Shown piece after piece: positions 45,127 through 56,700 of a stretch of 64,000 nucleotides of DNA. Source of the stretch: a virus. Position 1 is the first letter of the stretch. Each line of letters starts with the position of its first letter. A program made the position numbers and the translations under genes. The DNA is taken from the IMG/VR virus record IMGVR_UViG_3300021471_000007, positions 11,249 through 75,248 of that record; one strand, given 5' to 3'. A model generated the notes under the pieces. The model worked only from the letters and a program-made list of their open reading frames with translations. It was not told the DNA's origin and made no database searches.

Positions 45127-47625
45127 TCATAAATAAGTAATTTGTATAGTCGCATATTTCTCACTCGAAATTGTAATAGAGCCATAATTAAGGTTTGCAT
45201 ACGCAAATACAAGCCTTCCGAAATCTATATAATCATTAATTATATTAAATGGATTTAAATAATTAATTATTATTCTAAACGGTGCAACGCCCAAGGTAGG
45301 TCCAAGTGAACGTAGAGACAACGATTCCAACAAATCAACCATAAACACGTTTTGCGTACCATCTATAAGTTCTATAGACTCTAACAACATTCTCCCTGGC
45401 AGTTTTATAAATACATCATTTACTATCATGGACTCCAGTAATAAAAGCACATATGCTTTAGAAAAGATATCTGATAATACAATAATATCTGACATTGATA
45501 TATATCTTCCTCTGTATATATTATCAACCAAAACAAGTGTATCGCTTATGGTTCTAATTCTGTCGGTGTATTTTATAAACGAATCAGCAAGCACAACCGA
45601 TGCTGAATAATAAACACTAATTGCAGTATTTTTTACATCTTCTAGTGTTACTACATCAGATATAGTTCTAATTGAAGCCTGCGTTCTATTATAAATATCA
45701 TTTGTTTGTATAACAGATGATAATAGCTTATTCGCAATTCTGTTTGCTCCATCATATAGTATTGTTGTATCTGATAAAATGCGAACAGAATCATATGTGC
45801 GCATATATAAATCATTCAAAGTCACAACATCGCTTAAATGTATTAGAGCAGATTTTATTATATTATCGAGCAGTATCATTTCATCCGATATTGATTTGCT
45901 GATTGATCTATATAATGTATCATTAAGAGATGACTGTTCTTGCAACAGCTTCAATGATGTCTTTATAATGTTATCTGTAATAGTCACAACATCACTAAGA
46001 ATAGTAAACATTTTATATAATTCTACATCCTGCAACATAACAACATCGTCAATGGTTCTAATACCATCGTATATTCTATTATAAATGTCAGACGTCTGTA
46101 TAGCAGTTATCAATATCTTATTTGCAATACGGTTTGACCCATCATAAAGAACTGTAGTGTCAGATAAAAATCTAACCGAATCATATATACGCAAGTACAA
46201 ATCATTAAGAACTATAACATCACTTAAATGTATCAGAGTAGATCTTGTTATTATATCAACAGATGTCACAACATCCAATAATATTCTGCTCGTTGCCTTG
46301 TGCAAAACGTCATCAAAATATGTTTGATCCTTTAATATTTTTGATGTTAATTTAAGAACATTATCATTAATAGTTAATATATTATTAAGTACAAAAAGTG
46401 TTTTTAATGATCGCACGTCTTGTAATATAATTGAATCATCGGCACTTCTAATTCCAGAATATGTTCTATTATAAACATCTGCTAGCTGCAATATAGATGA
46501 AAACAATTTTGAAACATACCTACCAGCACCATCACTAAGCAAAATTGTTTCTGTAAATGTCCTTATAAGAACAAATATGCTCGATATGGTATCATTAAGA
46601 ACACATGCTTCTGATAGTGTGTGCGATAAACTCTTTGTTTTATAATCAGATAACAATATGTTAGTAAGCTCAGTTCTATAATATGTTGAAATCCTACTAA
46701 ATCCATCTACATAGACAACATAATCTGACAACACTTTATGTGAAGCTATGTTGCTACCGTCATATAACAACATGTTTTCTGTTTTAATTAATTGTGAATA
46801 TTTGTTTACAGCATCACTCAAAACAACGTTTGATAATAATACTTTTTGTTGTATTTTTGATGTTACATCAAATAATGTTATTGTATCGCCTAATAAACGT
46901 GTTGCATCTAATATATCAGATTCTGTATCAGATAAAATAATATTGTCAGAAAATTCACGCATAATCAATGCAAGTGTGTCTATAACATCTGATAGTATAA
47001 CAGCATCTGTCAAGTTCCTATACAAAGAAGAAGATTTTAATAGTGTATCAGATAAAACAACAGCATCACTGTATTCACGAACAGCACCATAAATGCTGCT
47101 TGTTGTATCATCAATAATAATTTCAGAAGATAATAATTTTGATGTAAATATATTTACATTGTCTGTCCCTGTTATAATGTCTGATAATGTTATCAATGCA
47201 TTATAAGCACTACCGTCTTGTAATAAAATGCTATCTGATTGCTGACGCACCGCTGATAAAAGTCTGGTAGTTATGTCAGATATAATAAGTTCATCAGCAT
47301 ATTTGCGTACAACCATTAATGACTTAATTATAACATCAGACATAGTAATGTTTTCTGTTTGTTGTCGTGCAGCTGTTAAAGCTCTATTTAATGTGTCTGA
47401 AACAACAATTACATCCGTATTAAGTTTATGTGATCCTTTTATAATACTTGCAATCAGAGTAGACTGTTCAGTCGAAATTCTATAAAAATTACCAACTTTA
47501 GAATAATTGTCTGCGGTTACAATAATGTCTGATTTAAATATCGATTGTTTTTTGTTTTTTGTATCAGATAATAACAAGGTTTCTGTTAAATTCTTTTTTA
47601 TCTCCGCATAAAGAGGAATGGGCAT
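45127..47625 (-). CDS. long repetitive fibre protein
   Basis: Tandem ~18-21 aa units plus a ~130-aa higher-order duplication. Confidence 0.65.
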   Translation of the reverse strand: MPIPLYAEIKKNLTETLLLSDTKNKKQSIFKSDIIVTADNYSKVGNFYRISTEQSTLIASIIKGSHKLNTDVIVVSDTLNRALTAARQQTENITMSDVIIKSLMVVRKYADELIISDITTRLLSAVRQQSDSILLQDGSAYNALITLSDIITGTDNVNIFTSKLLSSEIIIDDTTSSIYGAVREYSDAVVLSDTLLKSSSLYRNLTDAVILSDVIDTLALIMREFSDNIILSDTESDILDATRLLGDTITLFDVTSKIQQKVLLSNVVLSDAVNKYSQLIKTENMLLYDGSNIASHKVLSDYVVYVDGFSRISTYYRTELTNILLSDYKTKSLSHTLSEACVLNDTISSIFVLIRTFTETILLSDGAGRYVSKLFSSILQLADVYNRTYSGIRSADDSIILQDVRSLKTLFVLNNILTINDNVLKLTSKILKDQTYFDDVLHKATSRILLDVVTSVDIITRSTLIHLSDVIVLNDLYLRIYDSVRFLSDTTVLYDGSNRIANKILITAIQTSDIYNRIYDGIRTIDDVVMLQDVELYKMFTILSDVVTITDNIIKTSLKLLQEQSSLNDTLYRSISKSISDEMILLDNIIKSALIHLSDVVTLNDLYMRTYDSVRILSDTTILYDGANRIANKLLSSVIQTNDIYNRTQASIRTISDVVTLEDVKNTAISVYYSASVVLADSFIKYTDRIRTISDTLVLVDNIYRGRYISMSDIIVLSDIFSKAYVLLLLESMIVNDVFIKLPGRMLLESIELIDGTQNVFMVDLLESLSLRSLGPTLGVAPFRIIINYLNPFNIINDYIDFGRLVFAYANLNYGSITISSEKYATIQITYL

Positions 47626-50600
47626 TTAGCTCACCGCCTGCATATCGATATCTACATTCGGATTACCAGAAACATAACTACAATTTGCATACAACCAAAC
47701 GTTCTTTTCCTCACTAGCAGCAACATCATTCCAAAGTGTCTGCCAAGAATTGGATAGTAAAATACAGTTGGACGATGTTTTTGGATCTGTGCTAGATGCA
47801 TTACAAGACCAAAGTTTCCAACCATCGGCTAATGTGCCGATATACTCTATCTGGAAATCTCCTGTTGCAGTACCATTGTTCGTTGCATTTATTATTCCAT
47901 GAGTATCTGTTTGGTATTGTGGTTCACTTGGATAATATTCCCAATCTGGAGAACAGTTTACAAACATAATTCTTGTTGCACCAGTATTCGAATTTATCGA
48001 ATATTCTATGTCTGGTGCTCCAGGGTTTTGACTAATCTCCTCTGCTATTGGATGATAATCGGTATTGTCTATATCTAATATATATGCATCATCACAGAAA
48101 CCATCAGAATTTGTATCCTTACAATTATCAGATTCGCTATATCCGCTTCCATCTGGTTTAAACCAAGCATTGCCCCAAATGTATCCTAAACTATCATTCC
48201 AAATGTTTGTTCCTGTTTGATAAGAAGTATTCCAATCATTTGCATATACTGTTCCAACAAAACCAAAACTATCTGTGTTATTAAGTATGTTATTATAAAT
48301 TGTATTTGAACCAGCACCTTTATATAAATAAATACCACAATATGAATTATCTTGTAGTTTTGAATCTTTTATAATATTAAAATCAGAACTATATAGATAT
48401 AACCCATATGTATTTGAATTGGATGTGATATCAGTTAAATTATTAGAATCAGAGCTATAAAAATACAATCCATAGCTATTATAATCGGTTGTAATATTAG
48501 TTAAGTTGTTATAATCTGAGGAACCATATAAATATAAACCAGCAGCACTGTTTGAATTTGATGTAATATTAAACAAGCTGTTAGAATCAGAATGTAATAT
48601 ATGTAAACCATTGTGGTTGGAATTTGCTGTGATGTTAGTTATTATATTAGAATTAGCATTATCGAGACAAATTCCACCAGCATTCCAATCTGTAACAACA
48701 CAATTTTTTATAGTTATATTTGTATTAGTTGATGAATCTCTATAAACATAAATTCCATACTCGGTCGTGTCATTTCCATCAATCGTATGATGTTTGCAAT
48801 CAAAAATAATATTATTAGCACTTATGTTTATGCAAGGTGTAGTTGATGAATCCGTTATATTATTATCCAAATAATAAATGCCACCGTCTACATTTAAATT
48901 AGAACAATCTGTTAAATGTGGATTGTATGTCGTTTCAAAACTATAAACATCTGAGGCATTCCAATTGTCGTTACTATCATTTGCATATACTTTCCAAGCA
49001 ATTGTTGCTCCTACTGTCGAATTTACAACTTTCGTAACGTTTGACCAATTCATTGTTCCTGACATTGATACCCAAGAGTCATTCATCCAATTATCTTTTA
49101 CTATTTTCCAATATATTTTTTCTTCATATATTTTAGCACCATCCTCATCACCTTCTCCAATAGGAACTGTGGATACCCAACTCGAACCATTCCAACATTG
49201 TGCATCAAAAGTTGTTCCAAATGCACTTATATATATTCTTAACTGCAAAATATTTTGATTCCAGCAATCGCCTAAAGTATAATTTAAAGGATATGCACCA
49301 CCCTCATCTGATATTACTTCCCATCGAGTTTCATTTATGGCTCCGTTGGGAACAGTATAATTTACATAAGCATAGGTATCAGAGAACGCATCCGATTGTG
49401 TTGAATATGTTATATCATTACCATCATACCAATTATTGTTATCGAGATTTGTAGAAGAATAACTTCCTGTTCCTAATCCACCACAATCTGTGGACTCGTT
49501 TGCAAATTCTTGATAGCAAATTATATTCTGAAATCCGCAACTTGTCCCATTCCAAGTCCCATTACAAAAGCTGAAGATGTATCCAGATAACCCAACATTA
49601 TCATTCCATTTTAGCCTGTGTTCAACTGGTGTTCCCGCTAATGTTGAATTCGTAGAATTGTCTGAATATGTTGGAGGCATTTTTTCAGTTATTCCAATTT
49701 CTTTAGCTATTGGATGATAATCTATGTTATCGCTTGATAATTCATAAGAATTGTCGCAGAAACCATCGTTGTTATTATCATTACAAGTATATTCACTAAA
49801 TCCCGTTCCATCTGGCTTAAACCATGCGTTTCCCCATATATATCCTAAACTACTATTCCAGATGTTCGTTCCAGATTGATATGATGTGCTATAATTATTA
49901 TAGTAATTCGGTGCTCCATTATAATTGGCTGTGTTATTAAATAAGTTGTTATATATTTTGTTTGGGTCATTATATCCTGCTGTGTCTTTGACTCTTATAC
50001 CGTATTGATTAGAATTCTTAATTACACAATCCTTAATAATATTATTTGAAACATAGCTTTGGAGTTTTATTCCGTTTCCGTTGTTATCGAGAGTTATATC
50101 TGATATTTCATTATATTTTGAATTTGAACCCTCTAAAATTACCCCAGCATGACTATTCCAAGTATCTCCCGAAGAAGTTCCTTTAATTGTTGAATTCTTT
50201 AATATACCATATCCAGCGTAATAAATAAGAATTCCATAATCCCCTCCATCGGATATAACATCAGATATGTTAAAATAATCACACCATGCTACCTGAATTC
50301 CAGATGTATCCGAAATATTGACATCATAAATTGTAACATTATCAGCGTAATATACATCTATAGCTCTTCTATACCAATCACTTATGCTACAATTTTTTAT
50401 TGTTACATTAGCTGTTTCTTTTGAGCTTCTGGAAATTTTAATCCCATAATCACCAGCCCATCCCTTTCCATCTATCGTAAATCCTTTGCAATCAAAGGTT
50501 ACATTATTAGCTGTTATATCCATACAATAACTTGTAGACGAATCTGTTATATTGTTAGCCAAATAATAAATACCGTTTGGAATATCTAACACAGAACAAT

Positions 50601-52332
50601 CCGTAATGGTTATATTAGATATATTTATATATGTCACATTTAAATATGGCCTATCTGCGGTTGTTGAATATTCTTTTGAATAAAGATCGATATACCAATA
50701 ACTTCCATAATTAAAATCCGGTGTAGCATTCATTACAAAGCTTACATTATCTTTTCCAGAATCATATTCGGAGTCAACCCAACTAGTCACATTAAAACCA
50801 TGGAACGTTCCTAACTTATCATATGTTGCATTAAGAGTAGTTTTTGATATAAGACTGCCAATATCAGAACTCATGTTGGATTGATTCCACCATATATCAT
50901 CTTCGTTCCATGTCTGGTTATCTAATTCATATATAGTAATGTTTTCAACACCAGCTTCAAGTCCATTGTCTTTGAGATATAACATAGCATTTGTCACCGG
51001 GCCACCTATAGAGCTAATATTAAATTTTATATATATCATTCTGTAAGCATCTGTTCCATCATGCGCTAAACCAAGTATACTGTTGCTTCCATATTGTATA
51101 TCTTGTTGTTTAATTGTCCCAACATCTTCCAAATTTTCAGTATTGGCTTCTTGTAACTTAACCGTAGGATCTAAATACAAATTTCCGTTTTCGATATTAT
51201 TTGTGATGTTTCCTATTAATATTCTTCTGTTTGTTAAATCTAAATCGACTGTATACTTGTTAAGCAGGTCATCAAAGTATAATCCCATTTTTTTAACAAC
51301 AAATCTCTTTTTTGCACCCTTTAAATCATTTAATGAAAAACCATAGTGCTCTTTATATGTCAATGTAATAAAATCAATGTTTGGTTGTATATCAGCAGAT
51401 ATGTTTGAAATGTTTACCGCATATTTCCAATATGTCTGATGTTTTTCTGTTGGAAACGATATTGACATTTCTGGATGTGATTGCATAACATTGTTAAATG
51501 AATGATAATTACCATTATAAATAACTCCGGCTTCAAATGTTATGTTATAATATTCATCCTTGCCATTATAATGAAATGTTATATCGTCTCCATTTTTTGT
51601 TATGTAAAAAACATCTGAAGCATTTATCCATTTACCATTATTGTCTTGAGCATACATAACACCAGAGTATATAGTTCTAGAACATTCTTGAACCGTTATG
51701 TTATTCCATCTACAAACCTCACCGTATCCACCACTACAATAAATAGTTCCGTTTTCATAGGAATCCCAATCTAAACATTGATTATTACATATATATTTTG
51801 ATTTTAGAACGGGGTGACAAACCTCATCCCAATCTTTTCCGTATTTTTTTATAGCATTACTAATTCCATACCAATATGGATCTATGTCTCCAAAACTCCA
51901 TTTGATATCTTGATGAGGATTAAATTTATAACCAACAAATCTTATCTGATAATTTTTTCCTTTGCTAAATTTAACTGCATATTTAACTTTAGAATTCCAT
52001 GTTTTATTTAAATAAATAGTTCTCCAAGAGTCACCCCAACTACGCTGCAATATAACTTCTTTGATTGGTGGTGTTGTACTAAACGTCCAATTCTGATTAG
52101 GATAAATATAAATGTCAGTATTTGCTGTGAAATTGATATAAGCATAACAAGGATCCTCTTCTGTTCCTGCACAAGTCATATTCCCCGAGTAACCTGTTAC
52201 AGTAATGTCACCACGTTGCATGAGTAACATAAATAAAATGAAAATAGGTATGCCTACTGCACCAATCTTCTTCATATATCTTTTGATTGTGTCATAGTAG
52301 ACACGCCTATACTTTACCATGTCTTTTACCAA
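47626..52332 (-). CDS. giant surface glycoprotein (TM, DNRLRE/CBM96, two NosD/CASH beta-helices, Ig-like)
   Basis: N-terminal TM; YIKFNIS..TWNED..YSKE..RPYLNVTY; duplicated ITDCS..NNITD..WGNAWFKPDG..DGFCD modules. Confidence 0.75.
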   Translation of the reverse strand: MVKDMVKYRRVYYDTIKRYMKKIGAVGIPIFILFMLLMQRGDITVTGYSGNMTCAGTEEDPCYAYINFTANTDIYIYPNQNWTFSTTPPIKEVILQRSWGDSWRTIYLNKTWNSKVKYAVKFSKGKNYQIRFVGYKFNPHQDIKWSFGDIDPYWYGISNAIKKYGKDWDEVCHPVLKSKYICNNQCLDWDSYENGTIYCSGGYGEVCRWNNITVQECSRTIYSGVMYAQDNNGKWINASDVFYITKNGDDITFHYNGKDEYYNITFEAGVIYNGNYHSFNNVMQSHPEMSISFPTEKHQTYWKYAVNISNISADIQPNIDFITLTYKEHYGFSLNDLKGAKKRFVVKKMGLYFDDLLNKYTVDLDLTNRRILIGNITNNIENGNLYLDPTVKLQEANTENLEDVGTIKQQDIQYGSNSILGLAHDGTDAYRMIYIKFNISSIGGPVTNAMLYLKDNGLEAGVENITIYELDNQTWNEDDIWWNQSNMSSDIGSLISKTTLNATYDKLGTFHGFNVTSWVDSEYDSGKDNVSFVMNATPDFNYGSYWYIDLYSKEYSTTADRPYLNVTYINISNITITDCSVLDIPNGIYYLANNITDSSTSYCMDITANNVTFDCKGFTIDGKGWAGDYGIKISRSSKETANVTIKNCSISDWYRRAIDVYYADNVTIYDVNISDTSGIQVAWCDYFNISDVISDGGDYGILIYYAGYGILKNSTIKGTSSGDTWNSHAGVILEGSNSKYNEISDITLDNNGNGIKLQSYVSNNIIKDCVIKNSNQYGIRVKDTAGYNDPNKIYNNLFNNTANYNGAPNYYNNYSTSYQSGTNIWNSSLGYIWGNAWFKPDGTGFSEYTCNDNNNDGFCDNSYELSSDNIDYHPIAKEIGITEKMPPTYSDNSTNSTLAGTPVEHRLKWNDNVGLSGYIFSFCNGTWNGTSCGFQNIICYQEFANESTDCGGLGTGSYSSTNLDNNNWYDGNDITYSTQSDAFSDTYAYVNYTVPNGAINETRWEVISDEGGAYPLNYTLGDCWNQNILQLRIYISAFGTTFDAQCWNGSSWVSTVPIGEGDEDGAKIYEEKIYWKIVKDNWMNDSWVSMSGTMNWSNVTKVVNSTVGATIAWKVYANDSNDNWNASDVYSFETTYNPHLTDCSNLNVDGGIYYLDNNITDSSTTPCINISANNIIFDCKHHTIDGNDTTEYGIYVYRDSSTNTNITIKNCVVTDWNAGGICLDNANSNIITNITANSNHNGLHILHSDSNSLFNITSNSNSAAGLYLYGSSDYNNLTNITTDYNSYGLYFYSSDSNNLTDITSNSNTYGLYLYSSDFNIIKDSKLQDNSYCGIYLYKGAGSNTIYNNILNNTDSFGFVGTVYANDWNTSYQTGTNIWNDSLGYIWGNAWFKPDGSGYSESDNCKDTNSDGFCDDAYILDIDNTDYHPIAEEISQNPGAPDIEYSINSNTGATRIMFVNCSPDWEYYPSEPQYQTDTHGIINATNNGTATGDFQIEYIGTLADGWKLWSCNASSTDPKTSSNCILLSNSWQTLWNDVAASEEKNVWLYANCSYVSGNPNVDIDMQAVS

Positions 52333-53047
52333 ATGTCATTTTTTTGCCTGTGAGTTTGTTCCATGTGTCACGGGTCTGCATTTGCAACGTTGCCGCTTGA
52401 TATAACAAATGATTTATGTGCCACAAACCAACTGTCTTATAGTGTTCACAAATGTGTTTCACGGAAACATAGATCTTAAACTTGTTCTTTTTTACCTTTT
52501 GCGAAAACGAATAATCCTCGCTATATGCTATGTCTCCCCAATCGTTATATTGGAACCTAAACCAGTTTGATTTTATTTTTTCTAAAACATCGCGTCTTAT
52601 AACAATACACCCGCATCCAACACCATCAACTTCAATCAGACCGTCTTTATCTACTTCATTGTTTATTTCAGACAGGTTTACCATTGTATACATTTTTTTG
52701 CTATTCATTTTCATTACAAGCGGATGTGGTATGCCATTTTGCATTCCCATAACGGTTGCACTCACAACAGGCTTATTAAGCTTTATTATATCCAAAATAT
52801 TATCTGGCGGCACATTATCTGAATCAATCATAACCAGCCATTTGTTTTGTTTATCTTCCAAAAAGTTTTTAACTATTCTGTTCCTGTTTGCATCCACCGG
52901 GTTCTTGAAACTAAAGCTAATCTTCAGATCATATCCACGCGGAGCTTTCAGATTAGTCAAAAACCTGGCCAATTTCAATGAAATCTCGCTGTTGTGCGGA
53001 CCTATGGTCGGTATAGCTACCACTATTACATCTTTCTTCTTCTTCAT
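52307..53047 (-). CDS. GT-A fold glycosyltransferase
   Basis: VAIPT, NRNRIV, MIDSD, GCGCIVIRR, SEDYSF, EH. Confidence 0.85.
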   Translation of the reverse strand: MKKKKDVIVVAIPTIGPHNSEISLKLARFLTNLKAPRGYDLKISFSFKNPVDANRNRIVKNFLEDKQNKWLVMIDSDNVPPDNILDIIKLNKPVVSATVMGMQNGIPHPLVMKMNSKKMYTMVNLSEINNEVDKDGLIEVDGVGCGCIVIRRDVLEKIKSNWFRFQYNDWGDIAYSEDYSFSQKVKKNKFKIYVSVKHICEHYKTVGLWHINHLLYQAATLQMQTRDTWNKLTGKKMTFGKRHGKV

Positions 53048-53065
53048 CTACATTACACCTCATTC

Positions 53066-53536
53066 TTAGTCAACATCCAATTTCCAAGTTATCTCAAGCG
53101 AATCTCCAGATTCAACATTTATGTCGCTTATATACTGTGCACAAAGCATGTCTCCACCGCTACTTGAATTAAACACACCACTTTCGTTTATAGTTTTGGT
53201 TGCACTAAAAGTAAATGTGTGCACAAACTTAGAAGTATCACCAGTAGTATCAGTGGTATCAGTGCTTGTTGTTGCAGTATCTCTTGAATCTTCTGTATTT
53301 AATTCTGTGTCTGAAGCAGCGAATGCTTGTGTAGCACCTGTTCCTATGGCTATGTTGCTAAATGCGGTCCCAGATCCTATTATAAGTTCAGCCACTTCTG
53401 CTTTTCCTGCATTAACTACTATGTTACCAACGTTCAATCTCTCCATTTTCAATTTTCCGGTGCTGTCTCTTAATCTGTAGTCCACTTTACCAGACAATCC
53501 AACTTTTGTTTTCTTGTTGTATTTGTCAAATTTCAT
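53066..53536 (-). CDS. fibre base/structural protein (tail-collar DUF3751-like)
   Basis: VVNAGK, IAIGTG, SDTEL..E..R, INESGVFN..SGG.ML. Confidence 0.6.
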   Translation of the reverse strand: MKFDKYNKKTKVGLSGKVDYRLRDSTGKLKMERLNVGNIVVNAGKAEVAELIIGSGTAFSNIAIGTGATQAFAASDTELNTEDSRDTATTSTDTTDTTGDTSKFVHTFTFSATKTINESGVFNSSSGGDMLCAQYISDINVESGDSLEITWKLDVD

Positions 53537-53719
53537 TTATTTTTTCACCTCATTTTTCTTTTCAATATTAGTTTTTACTCCAACGCCCTTTATACGAGTT
53601 CGAGTAAACGATTCTTTTATGTTACCATTCTTATCCTTCAAAACTAACATCAATCCACCCCTTCCGTTCTTATCAAATTCGGGTTTTTTTAATACATCTT
53701 TATATATAACCATATTCAC
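53537..53719 (-). CDS. small hypothetical protein
   Basis: Coupled; LVLKDKNGNIK resembles the N-terminus of the next gene. Confidence 0.5.
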   Translation of the reverse strand: MNMVIYKDVLKKPEFDKNGRGGLMLVLKDKNGNIKESFTRTRIKGVGVKTNIEKKNEVKK

Positions 53720-56700
53720 ACCTTCTTTTTATCTATCCAATAAGGAAGATTACTCTGATCTTTTAATTTATAAAATAACCATACATGTCTATCTCCAATA
53801 TGTGCAATGCTAACCTCAAAACGACCTTCAATCGGAAGACTTCTTTTCGGGAAATCAGGAGATTCTCTCGGTCTTCGTGCTTCTTTCGGAGGATTAATTT
53901 TAAAATCATTAGAATGCATTAAAAATATCATACGATGATCCTCAATAACTTCTGGTAAATAAATACCATTATCTACAATTGTAAATATACCAGGAAAATG
54001 TTTTGTTGAACCTGGTGCACCGATTGGTGCTACGCCTTGTACTTTTAACCATGCTTTTGGTTGTATAAGCTTATCTACTGTATTGTATTTTTTATATGCT
54101 AATTTTTTCTTTGTAAATGGATTTGGTTGAGTTATATTTGCTGGTTCTGTTATTGTAAATCCCTGTAAATGATCACCAACATCCATTCTTAAATCAGTAT
54201 GGTTTGTTGCACCGCGTTCATGCCATTGCATAACAAATTTTCGTGGCACTCCACGTTCCATTACACGTTTAAAATCGTCCTGTTTTTGTTTTGGAAAAAC
54301 AGCAGGGGTTTGGTCTAATAAAAACTCTGGTCTCTTATCCCAGAATGGAGCAGATACAAATGCTTCAAGAACTTGATCTATCATTCCCATGTGTTTTGCA
54401 TCTTTTATGTCTTGTTCTAATGTATCACCGTATTCTACAATTGCAACTCCCAAAGCATCTACAGCTCTTTCCAATTCACGCCTGTTTGATGTACTGTGTA
54501 AATCCGGCCTCTTTGTATCAACACGTGGTTTGTGTATCGAATATCGTATACCGTTTTTATATTCGTGTCTCCAGACTTCCTGTACACTAATGTCTATTAT
54601 ATCACCTGGTGATGCATTGAGTTTAGTGTTAAATGTTTTTCCCAGTTTTAATATTGTTTTTCCATTAAGATGTACAATATACTTCTGAAGATATATATCA
54701 GGATTCTTAACATCAATGCCAACAGTATAATTATTAGCAGAACCGGCTTTATGTTTTTCTAATACTCTAACGTGTAGAGTCGTGAGCTTTCTGTATTTAA
54801 GCCATGTTGTACTGTCACCAGAAACGTATTTTGCGTCTGTTTCTTTTACAACAGCACCCTCACTCTCTTTTATCTTGCTAACTTGTTTTATATATTTAAG
54901 TGCATCTTTTGGGTTGTCTGCTTTGTATGATTTTATTTTCATAACAGTATCATTAAAATGTAACTTATCTAAATATTTTTTACGTTCTTCCAATGGCAAA
55001 TCCTTCAGGTTTTTGCCGTTATATCTTATTATATCCCATACAACTAATCTAATATTAGAATCATCTGGAGTTTCACCGCCCTTCTGTACAAACGGTAATA
55101 AGTTTATACGACTGCCCCATTTTCCATTGTCATACCATAACATTTCACCATCGATTCTGAAATCAGTGCCAAGCTTGCTCAAAGCAGATTTAAAATGATT
55201 AAGACTTTTTGATATATTGCTGCCATCTTCTGTTATAACTTGTACATCGCCATTAGCTTTGTCTACACTAATATGAAAACCATCCCATTTCCTTTCAACG
55301 TACCACGATTTTGCTTTTTTGAACATTGCATCAACAAGATCCTTCATATCATAATATGCGTTTGGGTTTGGTTTCTGTGGTCTCATTGCAGACATTTGTA
55401 CTACACGCGGCTCTCTCTTTTTAAGCACCAGATCATACAAAGGAACAAACGTATCGTGTGGACCCGGTTCATCACCCCATATGAAATGCAATTTTCCTGC
55501 TAATTCAGGATATTCCTCGTTTAGCATCTTTATCATTCTGGTTTCAACAGCACGTCTTATAAAACTTGTTGGTTCAGCCATTCTTATTAATACATCAATG
55601 TCGTTACCCAATCTATTATTTTCTATTGTACTACCAACTAATGATACAAATGAATCGTTAATAACTATATCTGTAAAACTATCTATAAAAGATATGTCCT
55701 GAGACATCTCTTCAGATTGTAAATGTGGAGGATTGGGCGTTAAAGGTGTGTTGTGTTGAAAGCCCCTTTTTTTCATTTCAGCAACCACAAACTTATGTGC
55801 ATTCCAAATGTCTTCCGCATTCCAACCGTTCTTCAATGAATAATCCTTTTTCTTCTTCAACGTAGAATACCATGCATGCAAAATCCTATGATCATCTATA
55901 AGAACCTTATCTGGTAAATCAGGTATTGATTTAATATAATCCTTGTATGGTTTATTTAACAGTTCTTCAATGAATCTGAATTCATTTAATATTATAAATT
56001 TTTCTTCTGGTAAAATTGCCTGTTTTGGTTCATCGTATGGAACAAAATCAAAATCAAACATATAACTTTCGCCAATTGTCTCGGGTTCATATAAAAATAT
56101 TGTTCCGTATGCATATTCATCATCAAACAAATACATTTCCTTGCCAACAAAGTCATCGAGTGTAGAAGGTAATATGAGTTCTTTTTGCTCACCGCTATAT
56201 ATTTTATTTGCATCTGCATTGTACAAACCATATGATAATTTCTTAGGCGTATCTAACAATTCATTTATGCTGACAGACAAACCATCAAATGCTATGTTAA
56301 ACTTTGAATCTATAGATTTAAGCTCTCTAACAGCATCTTTCCATCTTGGTACGTTTATACCTATATTAGTAAAAAATATAAGTTTGTTATTTAATTTTAA
56401 TAACTTTTTTTTGCTTTTTAAAATTGAGTTGTGTGTTTTGCTTTTGCCATCCCACAATGAACCATCCCATATAATGACATCTGCCTTTTCAATTAATTCT
56501 CTTGATTTCTGAGACATTGTTGATGAAGAAGGAGCCGATGTAAAAGGACAATAAAACACTGATCCTACATCATTTTTTAATATGAAACCAACATTTGGTA
56601 TTTTGTCTGGAGTATCAGAATAAGGCATTGTGACAGGAATTACTTTAAGATTTCCAATTTCATATTCTTTATATGGCTCGATAAATTTAAAATCAAAACT

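Noticed and set aside
47626-52332. Internal duplication as a DGR template/variable repeat pair
   Set aside because: No reverse transcriptase in the window; both copies are coding and differences are not adenine-specific
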